Source of the DNA: Escherichia coli
GTDB lineage: Bacteria; Pseudomonadota; Gammaproteobacteria; Enterobacterales; Enterobacteriaceae
Strand: one strand, 5' to 3'
Length of the DNA stretch: 64,000 nucleotides
Assembly: GCF_044324875.1 (NCBI RefSeq)
Contig: NZ_CP172188.1
Part shown: in pieces, positions 28,327 to 37,951 of the stretch
How positions within the stretch are numbered: the first letter of the stretch is position 1
Layout of the letters: each line of letters opens with the position of its first letter
Notes under the pieces: model-generated
The model's database searches: none
What the model was told of the DNA's origin: nothing
What the model saw: the letters and a program-made list of their open reading frames with translations, nothing else
Program-made: the position numbers and the translations under genes

Positions 28327-29037
28327 TTACGCACCTCCTTTGATGCGAATGCCTGCGGCGCGTGGCACATTAACTTCCACGATGCGCACTGTTGGTTTGT
28401 ACATCTCAATCGCTGTCAGCCAGTCAGCTCCTGTCATGCGCTTTTCCGCATCGCCATTAGTCCACTTAACCGGTACACCAATAGACTTCATCGCGATTTC
28501 TATTTCCCCGGCGATGGCGCTTTTTCCGCAACCAGTAAAACCAGATACAACGACAAGAACTTCGCCTTTGGCTGGTTTTATTTCCCGTGCTTCCTGCCCT
28601 GATTTGCGCAGCAAAACAGCGTACTTTAATGCGTCCTGGGCTTTCTGAAATTTCAGTGCATAGTCAGTGGCGATTTTCTCCAGTTCAGCAATACGCTTAC
28701 TCCCATCCGAGATAACACCTTCGTAATACTCACGCTGCTCGTTGAGTTTTGATTTTGCCAACTCCAGTTGTTTTGTTAGTTCCGCAATACGGCAAACATC
28801 GTTGATACGCGTTTCCTCTAATGCGTTGATCTCATCCAGCAGCGCCAGCACGGTAGCCGGATTGGCTGCGGCGATGAATTCAGCATCACGAGATTCGTTT
28901 TCACTGAACACCATAGCTATTTGCTCATGGTTTATGCCGTCAGTGGAGTAAATCTCATCGTCGAATTCAACAGCCCACTTACCTTTCGTAGCCTTCTCTG
29001 CCGCCTCACGCAGTGCCTGATAGTCAATCTTGCTCAC
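28327..29037 (-). CDS. Ea22/Ead-like family protein (paralog 1)
   Basis: 236 aa; N-terminus MSKIDYQALREAAEKATKGKW typical of lambdoid Ea22-like proteins. Confidence 0.6.
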   Translation of the reverse strand: MSKIDYQALREAAEKATKGKWAVEFDDEIYSTDGINHEQIAMVFSENESRDAEFIAAANPATVLALLDEINALEETRINDVCRIAELTKQLELAKSKLNEQREYYEGVISDGSKRIAELEKIATDYALKFQKAQDALKYAVLLRKSGQEAREIKPAKGEVLVVVSGFTGCGKSAIAGEIEIAMKSIGVPVKWTNGDAEKRMTGADWLTAIEMYKPTVRIVEVNVPRAAGIRIKGGA

Positions 29038-29714
29038 TGGTTGCCTCCTTTGCGAAGCTGGGCAGCAAAGTCAACTAACCACTCAGTCATTTCAACCTTC
29101 CCTACCAGGTCTGAACCAGGGTGCATACAGCAATCACTCTGCACCGCTTTGAAATCCTTATACTCATATTCTTGGGCCACCAGATTTTTTGCAGCTTCTA
29201 TAGCAGCATCCACCCCCTGCGCCCGGACTTCAGCCAGGAAAGCATCAGTGGTTGGCGTTTCAGGTATCTGTCTCCTCATCCGTTCTATTGCATGATTGAA
29301 CCCGAAGTCTTCCGCGAGAGATACGTCATCCATATTGTCATTGTCATCCTCAATATCCCGTGATTCTGGAATTGCAGACTTTATTCCCGCATTCTCCGCT
29401 GCCAGCGCCGCGCACTTGGCTTCAAGAGCGGCAACCACTTCCTGATGGTCTTTGTACTTAACGTATGAGCCGGAGATGTCATCACCTTCGGTGTTTAGCC
29501 ATGCGTCATTGCAATTCACTGCGTAGGTTCTGATGCTGATGCTCTCCCGCCCCTGACAGACGCCAGGCCAGTCAATAAAGTATCCGCAATGCCTACCCTC
29601 AGACGTGCGCGCAGGATAAATGCCGTTATGACCCGGCAAAATATATGCTACCCATTCATCTTGCGTTGCCTGTTCCGCCGCCTCGCGCAGTTCTTGATAG
29701 TTAATTTTGCTCAC
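29034..29714 (-). CDS. Ea22/Ead-like family protein (paralog 2, mosaic)
   Basis: 226 aa; N-terminus MSKINYQELREAAEQATQDEW; C-terminal module [17 protein letters not shown]...QLRKGGNQ shared with 32990..33757. Confidence 0.6.
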   Translation of the reverse strand: MSKINYQELREAAEQATQDEWVAYILPGHNGIYPARTSEGRHCGYFIDWPGVCQGRESISIRTYAVNCNDAWLNTEGDDISGSYVKYKDHQEVVAALEAKCAALAAENAGIKSAIPESRDIEDDNDNMDDVSLAEDFGFNHAIERMRRQIPETPTTDAFLAEVRAQGVDAAIEAAKNLVAQEYEYKDFKAVQSDCCMHPGSDLVGKVEMTEWLVDFAAQLRKGGNQ

Positions 29715-30402
29715 TGGTTGCCCCCTGAATACGCTTAAACTCGATTACCCACACCCAAGGATTAGCGTTCCAACTATCTTCGCCATAAATTGATTTCCAT
29801 AGGCTACGGAAACTTGGGTAATGCTTATCGCCAATGAGGGTCGATTCTGTTGGTGCGCCCTCAGCCCTTGCATCGCATTCGCTGATATCGTTCAACCGCT
29901 CAACGCGCACGTTGGTAATTTCCAGAAGAATGCGCGATGCCCAGCGCGGCATGTGAATTGATGGACACCACCCGCCATCAAATTTTTCATTCACAGTGTG
30001 AGGTTTCCAGTCGGCATCATCGGGTATCGACCACAAGCCGTAATCACCCGGCTTTTGCTCACAACTGGCCCGATAAATCCTTGCTGCGTTCTTCTCATCG
30101 CCACGACAAAGGTTGTCGTTCCAGTCCACACTGCAACCATCCTCATTGCCTAATATCGCCCACGCCTCACGGACCCATATGCGATCACCAACGTTACCGA
30201 ACGGGCATAAACCATGTTCAGGCGCATCCATAACGTGGGTATAGACACCATTGCGTTTCTTTGTCGGTTTACGGATAACCAGGCAGTTATCGGCCCTGAC
30301 ATTTTTTACAGGTCGGCGAGTCTGCGTCTTCCTTCCTTCGAGGATGGCCCTGACCATCTCATCGTTAAAAATCATCCCGCATTCTTTCATTTTTTGATCC
30401 AC
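29701..30402 (-). CDS. hypothetical phage protein, possibly ASCH-domain-like
   Basis: N-terminal MIFNDEMVRAILEGRKTQTRRP resembles ASCH-type proteins; from memory only. Confidence 0.35.
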   Translation of the reverse strand: MDQKMKECGMIFNDEMVRAILEGRKTQTRRPVKNVRADNCLVIRKPTKKRNGVYTHVMDAPEHGLCPFGNVGDRIWVREAWAILGNEDGCSVDWNDNLCRGDEKNAARIYRASCEQKPGDYGLWSIPDDADWKPHTVNEKFDGGWCPSIHMPRWASRILLEITNVRVERLNDISECDARAEGAPTESTLIGDKHYPSFRSLWKSIYGEDSWNANPWVWVIEFKRIQGATSEQN

Positions 30403-30406
30403 CTCA

Positions 30407-31402
30407 TCAGTTATTGAAAGTGATCACTCCGCGCTCGATGGCGAAGTCAAAAAGCTGGTTAGCGGCTACGTAAAGGCGTATGCCATGTGCTTTTTCCCAT
30501 GCCCGGACATCGTTTTCTGCGCTTCTGGCGCAGTCATCGCAAAGAGGAACAGCCCAGCGGTCGTGTTCGTTTAACGAGCGGGCGCGGTATATGAACGGGT
30601 GGTTAACTTTGCCACCGCATCCGATGCACGGACGAGAAACCACAAACCGGAGATAAGCCGGGCTTTTACCGAGGACCGCTTTTGGTCGGCGCATATAAAG
30701 CAGGCCGGAATCCTCATCTACAGACAGGTTGACGATCTGCTCTGCGGTTATGTCCACCAGCTCGCGGGTACTGTGCTCCCAGGTGATATCTGATTCTTTC
30801 AGCGTACCGGTAGGGATTTCAGTTTTTGGCTGACAAAATGCAATGCGACCGGCTTCATCTGGCAGCTCATCTTTCAGATTCCGGCGAATGGCCCAAAAAG
30901 TGAGTTCAACCATGCTCAGATCGCGTTCTGGCGGTAGTTTTAACTCGCTCGCAGCCCAGTTCATAACCCAGTTGGCACGATTCAGGGATAACTGGTCGTC
31001 CAGCTTGCTGTACCCCTTCATCATGTATTCCGCATCATGCTTCCAGCACAGGCGAACGGCAGAGCCGTTATAGAAATGAGTGGTTAGCTGGTGGCTGCAA
31101 TCGCGCTTATCGTGCGCCTGGCAATCGTGGATATTGGAACTTACCCAATGAACAAGCGAATCTTCACCGCCCAACGCGTTAAATACGCGCTCGCTTTGAA
31201 AAAACGGTTTCAGAGACTGGTTGGCAACCAGCGAATAATTCAGATCCACTACGCCATCTGGCGTGTTTTCAGCCTGTTCACGCGGAAGTGGGGAGATAAT
31301 GAAACGGCGACCTACGCCAATGTAGTTACTGGTGGGCTTGTCTACCGGAAAGACAGCCACACCAGCTCCGTTTACGAAATGAGGTGTGATTATTGCACTC
31401 AT
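30407..31402 (-). CDS. hypothetical protein with C-terminal Cys-cluster (zinc-binding) motif, DUF968-like
   Basis: 331 aa; C-terminal RPCIGCGGK ... VPLCDDCAR. Confidence 0.45.
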   Translation of the reverse strand: MSAIITPHFVNGAGVAVFPVDKPTSNYIGVGRRFIISPLPREQAENTPDGVVDLNYSLVANQSLKPFFQSERVFNALGGEDSLVHWVSSNIHDCQAHDKRDCSHQLTTHFYNGSAVRLCWKHDAEYMMKGYSKLDDQLSLNRANWVMNWAASELKLPPERDLSMVELTFWAIRRNLKDELPDEAGRIAFCQPKTEIPTGTLKESDITWEHSTRELVDITAEQIVNLSVDEDSGLLYMRRPKAVLGKSPAYLRFVVSRPCIGCGGKVNHPFIYRARSLNEHDRWAVPLCDDCARSAENDVRAWEKAHGIRLYVAANQLFDFAIERGVITFNN

Positions 31403-31443
31403 AATGTATACCGACTCTGTTTTGTTCCGAGCGGTAAAATAAT

Positions 31444-31477
31444 ATGTTAGAAAACTAAAATCAATGTTCTAACACAT
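31444..31477. promoter_or_regulatory. paired (inverted) operator-like motifs
   Basis: ATGTTAGAAAACTAAAATCAATGTTCTAACACAT: TGTTAGAA ... TTCTAACA inverted halves; upstream of the 30407..31402 gene. Confidence 0.5.
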
Positions 31478-31499
31478 TTTGAGTGCGTAAATGATTTGA

Positions 31500-32192
31500 T
31501 CAGACTTTAAGCTGTCCTCCCTTCACCTGCATTAGCGTCAGATTTCCGCAAAAAACCGCGCCCGTGTCTATGTAGTGCTGATTCCAGTATGCTTTTGGTC
31601 TTCGTACCGGTGTGTGCCCAAAGATAAAGCGATCTGCGCCTGTGATTTCTCCACCAATGCCATCTATCGAATCACCGACGCGACTGCGCGACCAGACAAC
31701 ATCAAAAAGCGACACATCCTTACCGAACTGGTACTCTCCACCTGGATAGTCGGCATGGGCTATAACGATAGTTTCATGCCCGGTGTTCAGCTCAATGATA
31801 TAGGGCAGACGCTTTACCAGCTCCACCAGCGCCCTGGCTAATATTTCCTGATCAGTGTCCAGCATGAAGAACCATTGACCGCCATTCATTAGCCAGTTAT
31901 TCACATTGCCTGCGGGACTTAACGCATCGATCATTAATCGCTCGTGGTTTCCCATAACCGACCGAAACCAGGGCATCTGCAATAGCTCCAGGCATTCAAC
32001 ATTTTCGGCGCCGCGATCGATAAGGTCGCCAACCGATATCAGTAAATCCTGTGTCGGGTCAAAATCCACACGATGGAGTTCATTCATAAGTAGGGTGTAG
32101 CAACCGTGCAAATCACCAATAACCCATATGTTTCTGTAGCCTGAACCATCAATACGGCTATATAAATTCACTTCATGCAGAGCCTGGATCAT
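31500..32192 (-). CDS. Ser/Thr protein phosphatase (lambda PPase / calcineurin-like metallophosphatase)
   Basis: Motifs GDLHG, GDLIDRG, GNHE; ATG overlaps upstream stop (ATGA). Confidence 0.85.
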   Translation of the reverse strand: MIQALHEVNLYSRIDGSGYRNIWVIGDLHGCYTLLMNELHRVDFDPTQDLLISVGDLIDRGAENVECLELLQMPWFRSVMGNHERLMIDALSPAGNVNNWLMNGGQWFFMLDTDQEILARALVELVKRLPYIIELNTGHETIVIAHADYPGGEYQFGKDVSLFDVVWSRSRVGDSIDGIGGEITGADRFIFGHTPVRRPKAYWNQHYIDTGAVFCGNLTLMQVKGGQLKV

Positions 32193-32500
32193 GCGGCAAC
32201 CTTCTCCCGCAGCCAGATACAAACTGGACCATCTTCAGTGTCATGAATAGAGCCAACAAACCAGCCTTCACCCTCTGGTCGCTCCGGTTCCCAGGCGGCA
32301 ATATCGGGACCAGCTGCGTCCAGATCAAAATCATCTTCATCCATACTGCGAATAGTCCACTGAAGATTATTTTCCTTCATCCAGGCGTCAAATTCCTCAG
32401 TGGATATATATTCACGACCTGCGCAAAACTTTTCATACTCCGGATGTGTCCAGCAGCCATATTCATCACGTTCTACCGGCATTTCTTTAATGATGCTCAC
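32189..32500 (-). CDS. hypothetical protein
   Basis: 103-aa ORF in the same minus-strand gene array. Confidence 0.45.
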   Translation of the reverse strand: MSIIKEMPVERDEYGCWTHPEYEKFCAGREYISTEEFDAWMKENNLQWTIRSMDEDDFDLDAAGPDIAAWEPERPEGEGWFVGSIHDTEDGPVCIWLREKVAA

Positions 32501-32721
32501 TCTTCATCCTCCAAGTCGGCAACGGCATCCATCACATCAGAACCGCGAATAACCTCAAAAGCACGGCAGGCCATTTCAAACACCTGTTGTTCTTGCGGAT
32601 GCGGTGACTCCCAATACTTAAAACCAGGTCGATGCTCGTAACCCATCATGGAATAAAAATCGCCAGCAAGTTCAATCGCGGCATCAACAAGTTCGCGATT
32701 TGTCATCGTCTGTTCTGTCAT
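32497..32721 (-). CDS. hypothetical protein
   Basis: 74-aa ORF, overlapping stop/start with neighbours. Confidence 0.4.
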   Translation of the reverse strand: MTEQTMTNRELVDAAIELAGDFYSMMGYEHRPGFKYWESPHPQEQQVFEMACRAFEVIRGSDVMDAVADLEDEE

Positions 32722-32993
32722 TTGGTTTTCTCCTGTCTGAACATCACTATCATCAGGTCGCCTTTTGTCGCTATCCTCGCTGTTGTGCCTGGTTCAATGC
32801 GGCTAAGTTCAAATGCGTCATAGAACGCCTCCAACGCTTTCTGGCGTTTTTCCTGTTTGCGGCGCTTTCCCCACTGCTTTAGAAAAACAGAGGCCGCCCA
32901 CTTCCCCGCACTGAACATGATGTAAAACCAACCGAGAAGTGCCAGACCGGTATTTAGGAGCGTATCGATCGTTATTGTCGTGTCGATATTCAC
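32718..32993 (-). CDS. hypothetical small membrane protein
   Basis: 91 aa; hydrophobic N-terminal segment GLALLGWFYIMFSAGKWAA. Confidence 0.4.
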   Translation of the reverse strand: MNIDTTITIDTLLNTGLALLGWFYIMFSAGKWAASVFLKQWGKRRKQEKRQKALEAFYDAFELSRIEPGTTARIATKGDLMIVMFRQEKTK

Positions 32994-33757
32994 TGGTTGC
33001 CTCCTTTGCGAAGCTGGTCGGCGAACAAACGTACACCAGACGCTTCACTGCGTAGAAACTTAACGGCATAATCAAAACCACCTCGTTCTGCGTCGTCTGC
33101 TGCGTTGTCGAGGTTATCTGCGTACATCTCTACCCCCTGCGCACGCACTTCAGCCAGGAAAGCGTCGGTGGCTGGGGTTTCAACACGGATGCTGTCGCGC
33201 AAGATGAAAAATGCATTGAGCATTCCTGTCTCTGGCACTTCATCCTGATGCTTCTCATACGCATCAAGAGCCTTCATCATCTCAGCTCCGAATGGTTGAG
33301 GGTGCACAGACTTCAGCTCCGCATTCTCCGCCGCCAGCACCACGCGTTCGCTCTCCAGTTCTGCAATGCGCTGTTTTGCGGCATCAAGTTCAATCGATAA
33401 TTTTTCCAACTGCTCTTTATGCTTCTTGTATTCCTGATATGCGTGCCAAGACTGACCTTTGCGCACACTATCCGTGATATCAGTAATCTGTTCTGGTGTT
33501 AGCGTGGTCAGTGGCTGTGCTGGGAAAATCAGCACTTTCCCGGAATCCCAATCAAAACCAGCGTGAATTGACTGAACCTCAACTGAAGGTGTTGAACCAA
33601 TGCTGCCAGGCGAATGAACAACGATCGTTACATCCATATCGCGACGATGGCTGTGGTTGTTGGACAAAATACGATTCACCAACTCAGAAAATTTGGAAAA
33701 TTTCATGCTGATTCCCTTTGCTCTTCCTGGATAATGTTGTTGCAATCTTTCACGCAC
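32990..33757 (-). CDS. Ea22-like family protein (paralog 3, mosaic)
   Basis: C-terminal [17 protein letters not shown] ... QLRKGGNQ shared with 29034..29714; coiled-coil middle. Confidence 0.55.
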   Translation of the reverse strand: MRERLQQHYPGRAKGISMKFSKFSELVNRILSNNHSHRRDMDVTIVVHSPGSIGSTPSVEVQSIHAGFDWDSGKVLIFPAQPLTTLTPEQITDITDSVRKGQSWHAYQEYKKHKEQLEKLSIELDAAKQRIAELESERVVLAAENAELKSVHPQPFGAEMMKALDAYEKHQDEVPETGMLNAFFILRDSIRVETPATDAFLAEVRAQGVEMYADNLDNAADDAERGGFDYAVKFLRSEASGVRLFADQLRKGGNQ

Positions 33758-34065
33758 TCGTTGCAGATGAAAACGTTGTCCCCGGCAATTAACTTTTTAA
33801 CGGTGTGCTGGGATTTGTTGCAGAAGCTGCAATAAAGCGTTGGACTGGCTGATACGGATGGTGCGCCAGATGTCAGCCGCGCGATGTCGTTCTTGCGACG
33901 CAATATCACACGGCTGCACTCGACCAGCATCTCCGGGGATATCTCCTCCTCCGTAGCGAGCGTTTCTAATCGTTCGAGTATGTGGAAGGCTTTTTCCTGG
34001 GTAATCCTGGGTAATTCAGCGTTACGCTCTGCCAGTTGTGCGGGCGTTAAACCTTCAGACTTCAT
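33703..34065 (-). CDS. protein with ClpX-type N-terminal zinc-binding-domain homology (stand-alone ZBD)
   Basis: 120 aa; C-terminal [39 protein letters not shown] parallels ClpX [39 protein letters not shown]. Confidence 0.6.
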   Translation of the reverse strand: MKSEGLTPAQLAERNAELPRITQEKAFHILERLETLATEEEISPEMLVECSRVILRRKNDIARLTSGAPSVSASPTLYCSFCNKSQHTVKKLIAGDNVFICNECVKDCNNIIQEEQRESA

Positions 34066-34372
34066 ACACTCTCCTTTCGAAATAAACGTACTGATTAATC
34101 ATGCCCAGGGGCATTTCGAGTTTTTCCGCGATCTCACGGCGGGGAACACCACACTGATGAAGCTGCCGTGCCAGTTCTATATCGCTCTGCCGGTATTTGG
34201 CTGACGGATGAAAGTCACCTTTCAGAATCATTCTGATCCCCAGTTCCCGCGCTTTAGTCCTGACAGCATCTCCGGTACGCCCGATCAGCCTCCCTATACT
34301 CTCGACTGTCATAGTTCCGGCACACTGGCGGAGTATCATGATTTCTGCCCTTCTCCATCCCCGCCATCTCAC
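34055..34372 (-). CDS. putative HTH DNA-binding protein
   Basis: 105 aa; two HTH-like segments ([24 protein letters not shown]; [22 protein letters not shown]). Confidence 0.4.
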   Translation of the reverse strand: MRWRGWRRAEIMILRQCAGTMTVESIGRLIGRTGDAVRTKARELGIRMILKGDFHPSAKYRQSDIELARQLHQCGVPRREIAEKLEMPLGMINQYVYFERRVYEV

Positions 34373-34519
34373 GCTGACATCCTCTTAGACATAAACTCAA
34401 CAAAACGAACTGCATCTTCAGAAACAACGCCGCATGACTTCAGCGAAAAACCGCCGAGAACCCTCGCCCAATGCGGGCGGGGAGGAAAGGCGGAAAAGCC
34501 CGAAGGGCTTTAAAAAAAA

Positions 34520-34945
34520 TCATTCCGGCGTTGACTGGTTTTGAACGTAAGCCCTGAGTGTTTCAATCGTTGCTCCTCCGGTACTACATGCAAAGTAGGC
34601 TCTCGACCAAAGCAAGCCTGTTTTGCTCTGTGTTCGTAAATGTGTGTTTTGTTGACGTAGCAGACGTGACGATACTGATTTCAAATTATTCACCATTACG
34701 CTGACTGCCAGCTTTGGCGGATAGGCAACCAGTAGATGTACATGATCTGCTTCTCCATCCATTTCAAGAATTTCGCATTCAAGTTTTGCAGCAGCGGAAC
34801 AAAAAGCTTCCCGTAGTTGCTCTATCATGCAGCCGTCAAAAAGTTTTCTGCGGTATTTTGTAGTGAAAATTAAATGCACAACGAGCTTACTCACGCTGTG
34901 ACGTTTCCGAAGGAATCCCTCAAGGGATTCATGCTGTTCGCTCAA
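34520..34945 (-). CDS. tnpA: IS200/IS605 transposase TnpA (HUH Y1)
   Basis: 141 aa; HUH motif DHVHLLV and catalytic Tyr region SRAYFACSTGG. Confidence 0.9.
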   Translation of the reverse strand: MSEQHESLEGFLRKRHSVSKLVVHLIFTTKYRRKLFDGCMIEQLREAFCSAAAKLECEILEMDGEADHVHLLVAYPPKLAVSVMVNNLKSVSSRLLRQQNTHLRTQSKTGLLWSRAYFACSTGGATIETLRAYVQNQSTPE

Positions 34946-35001
34946 TTGAAAAAACGCCTCAATTTGTTAAAATGATTGAATAATATCAATGAGCGCTGAG
35001 T

Positions 35002-36180
35002 ATGTTAAGAGCGACAAAAGTACGCATATATCCCACTACTGAACAGGCTGAGTATCTCAATGCCCAGTTCGGTGCGGTACGTTTTGCGTACAATAAAGCT
35101 CTTCACATCAAAAAACATGCTTACCAGCGATACGGGGTGAATTTAAGTCCGCGCAAAGATTTAAAGCCGTTGCTGTCTATAGCGAAGAAGTCCCGTAAGT
35201 ATGCCTGGCTCAAAGAGTTTGATTCAATGGCATTGCAACAGGCAGTAATTAATCTTGATGCGGCATTTTCCAACTTTTTTAATCCGAAGCTGAAAGCACG
35301 GTTCCCGACGTTTAAACGTAAACACGGGAGACAATCGAGCTATCACTGCACCGGAATCAAGGTGCTGGATGATGCCATTAAGATCCCTAAACTGAATCTG
35401 CCGATAAAGGCGCGTATACACCGTGTAATTACGGGAAAAGTAACGAGCATAACAATTACTCGCAATGCCGCTGGGGAATATCACGCATCCATCCTTTGTG
35501 ATGACGGTATTCCCGCGCCAGAGAAACCCACGTATCTGGAAGAAGAAAAGATTACTGGTGTGGACATGGGATTAACAGATTATGCCATCAAATCGGATGG
35601 TAATAAGGTTGGTAATCCTCGTCATCTCATCAATGCCAGTCGTAATCTGCGACGCAAACAAAAAGCGTTATCCCGCAAGCAAAAGGGAAGCGCGAACCGT
35701 AAAAAGGCCAGAATCCGTCTGGCAGCGTTACACGAACGGGTGGCTAATGCCCGTGCTGATTTTCAACACAAGCTCTCTCGTGCAATTGTTGACGAAAACC
35801 AAGCGGTAATTGTCGAGACGCTGAAAACAGCCAACATGATGAAAAACCACAATCTGGCAAGAGCGATAGGTGATGCAGGCTGGCATAGCTTCATCACAAA
35901 GCTGGAGTACAAGGCAGCGGAAAAAGGCGTTCACCTGGTAAAACTCGACCAGTGGTTTGCCAGTTCGAAAACGTGCCATTGTTGTGGTTACAAAATGCCG
36001 GAAATGCCGCTTCATAAACGCATCTGGCGATGCCCTGAATGTGGAGCAGAGCACGACCGCGATATCAATGCGGCGCTCAATATCCGGCAAAAAGGAATAC
36101 TGGAACTAAAGGCGGCGGGACTCGTCGTTTCTGTCCATGGAGGCCAGCGTAAATCCGTCGAACAGACGGTAGCGGCCTGA
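35002..36180 (+). CDS. tnpB: TnpB (OrfB; RNA-guided RuvC-like endonuclease)
   Basis: 392 aa; N-terminal MLRATKVRIYPTTEQAEYLNAQFGAVRFAYNKAL; C-terminal zinc finger CHCCGYK...CPECG and RuvC-III-like DRDINAALNI. Confidence 0.9.
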   Translation: MLRATKVRIYPTTEQAEYLNAQFGAVRFAYNKALHIKKHAYQRYGVNLSPRKDLKPLLSIAKKSRKYAWLKEFDSMALQQAVINLDAAFSNFFNPKLKARFPTFKRKHGRQSSYHCTGIKVLDDAIKIPKLNLPIKARIHRVITGKVTSITITRNAAGEYHASILCDDGIPAPEKPTYLEEEKITGVDMGLTDYAIKSDGNKVGNPRHLINASRNLRRKQKALSRKQKGSANRKKARIRLAALHERVANARADFQHKLSRAIVDENQAVIVETLKTANMMKNHNLARAIGDAGWHSFITKLEYKAAEKGVHLVKLDQWFASSKTCHCCGYKMPEMPLHKRIWRCPECGAEHDRDINAALNIRQKGILELKAAGLVVSVHGGQRKSVEQTVAA

Positions 36181-36796
36181 GAAGTGGGAAGCCTCGCCCG
36201 ACAGGGCGGGGAGCAGTCACATAATTCATTGCGTCATTAGGTAGCGGATTAGTTGGTTCGGCATTTGCCAGGGATTGAGATAAACGCGTGATTAATTTGA
36301 CCATTCTCCGCTGCCGGAGGTTGTATCCTTCAGCTAAAGACAGGTAACTGGAAAGGGTATTGCTTAAGCGGGCGCGAAGCTGATCCGTGCCGTGACATTC
36401 AATAGCAACATCACGTAACGCATCGACCAGTTCACGGTAAAGATGCGCTGCCATTCTGCAATCTGTGTCAGATGGTGCTTCATAAATTACCGTCAACCCC
36501 AGTTTTTCAGCCAGAGCGTGTTCTGCACGTGCTCCTGCGGACACATCCCATCCCTTAAGCAGATAGATCGCATCAGCAGAACGCACCATTGCCAGGCAAA
36601 TATCCATGTATTCACTCTGGCAAAGGCCACCAGGTAACACAGCTGGATTCAGAACGATATGCCCTTCAGACATCAGCTCGCTCGCTTTCGCATTAAACGC
36701 CGCACGGTTGTAGTCTGGATAACCAGTCATCGGCCCCGCGATGTAAATTTTCAAAACACGTTTCACCATCAAAATTTCCCCAAAATCGTGACGCAA
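36077..36796 (-). pseudogene. DUF4406 / nucleoside 2-deoxyribosyltransferase-like gene with 3' end replaced by IS sequence
   Basis: N-terminal KIYIAGPMTGYPDYN Rossmann-like motif; the last ~50 codons (below ~36226) read into the IS right end. Confidence 0.45.
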
Positions 36797-36961
36797 AACA
36801 TAAGCACTGCGAAAAGCTCAATACCAAGCTCAAGTAGCGCCAACGCCCCGAAAAACAACACATAGAACAGGCCAATCTCATTCACAGATGGCTGGTGGAT
36901 CGCACTTAAAGCTATAAGCATCATGTCCTCCAAACAGTTATCAGGAATGATATTAATGTTT

Positions 36962-36992
36962 TGTGTTAGAAAATCAATTTTGAATATCTAAC
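36962..36992. promoter_or_regulatory. operator-like motif pair upstream of ref
   Basis: TGTGTTAGAAAATCAATTTTG plus inverted ATATCTAAC; 50-80 nt upstream of ref. Confidence 0.5.
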
Positions 36993-37041
36993 TGTTTTGA
37001 TCAATCATAGAAAAATAGCTGAAAAGTAAGAGGCAGCCATC

Positions 37042-37620
37042 ATGCAGAAACAGAGCTATTGGGAGAAACAGAGACAAAAAGCCATGCAAAAATTGGCTGA
37101 CCCAGCCTGGCGAGAGGAACAAAGGGCAAAGCGCCTTCAACAAGCTCAACGCCAGCAGCAGCGAGCGAGAGAAAAAGCCGCATCGCCTGAATATCGGCAA
37201 AAGAAAATTGAAAAAGCAAAGCAATATGAACAGCGGAGAAAAGATAAAGCTGTATCCGCTCCGCCCAAAAAAACACGCACGTCACGCGGCCTGAAGGGCA
37301 GATCACTCACAGCCGATGAACGCCGGATACAGACCGCTATCGGTACTCTCCCCTGCATTGCCTGCCATATTCACGGGCAACATAGCCCAGTGGTATCCCT
37401 GCACCATATCTTCGGGAGAACGGCAGAGAACGCACATAAATATGTCCTCCCTTTGTGTAAATGGCACCACCAGTACGCAGCGCCAGCCGAGGTCCGAGAA
37501 CAATATCCCTGGCTGGTCCCTGTTCATGCTGATGGAAAAATAGGCGGAAAAGCAGATTTCATACGGCACAATGCCGATGAAATGGCGTTGTATCAGATGG
37601 CGATTGAATTAATAAATTAG
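37042..37620 (+). CDS. ref: Ref recombination-enhancement HNH-family endonuclease
   Basis: 192 aa; basic N-terminus then SRGLKGRSLTADERRIQTAIGTLPCIACHIHG ... CKWHHQYAAPAEVREQYPWLVPVHADG, matching P1 Ref as I recall it. Confidence 0.85.
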   Translation: MQKQSYWEKQRQKAMQKLADPAWREEQRAKRLQQAQRQQQRAREKAASPEYRQKKIEKAKQYEQRRKDKAVSAPPKKTRTSRGLKGRSLTADERRIQTAIGTLPCIACHIHGQHSPVVSLHHIFGRTAENAHKYVLPLCKWHHQYAAPAEVREQYPWLVPVHADGKIGGKADFIRHNADEMALYQMAIELIN

Positions 37621-37631
37621 TTTTCTAACAT
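37611..37631 (-). promoter_or_regulatory. operator-like motif copy (reverse strand ATGTTAGAAAACTAATTTATT); candidate control site for the downstream immunity module
   Basis: Overlaps the ref stop codon; consensus copy. Confidence 0.5.
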
Positions 37632-37951
37632 TTTAAGTTGAATTGTAAATTTCTCCGATGTACATTCACTACCGATTGGCACACCGGTCAACTTTTTGAG
37701 ACAAACTGTTTAGTTTTTCGTATTATTGCCCCCGCCATACCTATGGCGGTGCAATATAGGTGGCTGAAAAGCCCCCGTTGACTCACGGTGTTCCAGCCTT
37801 TATTGCGCCGCCACCAGACCGTGGAACAGTCGATGGCGGCTCCGAAAGCAAGGAGTCACTACACTATGAACAACTACAGTCTTTTCCCATCACTCGTCGT
37901 CCACCACTCACGCGATAATCTGCATTCTTTATTCGCGCTGGGGGAGTCAAA

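Larger units (their letters stand above)
34440..36225. mobile_element. IS200/IS605-family insertion sequence (divergent tnpA-tnpB)
   Basis: Y1 HUH transposase plus TnpB; similar subterminal hairpins at both ends (CCTCGCCCAATGCGGGCGGGGAGG near 34458 and CCTCGCCCGACAGGGCGGGGAG near 36188); boundaries approximate. Confidence 0.8.

Noticed and set aside
36988-37620. Minus-strand and alternate-frame ORFs overlapping ref (36988..37224, 37040..37306, 37146..37358, 37303..37569, 37316..37543)
   Set aside because: They overlap the well-supported ref gene, whose product matches the P1 Ref HNH nuclease; no independent support.
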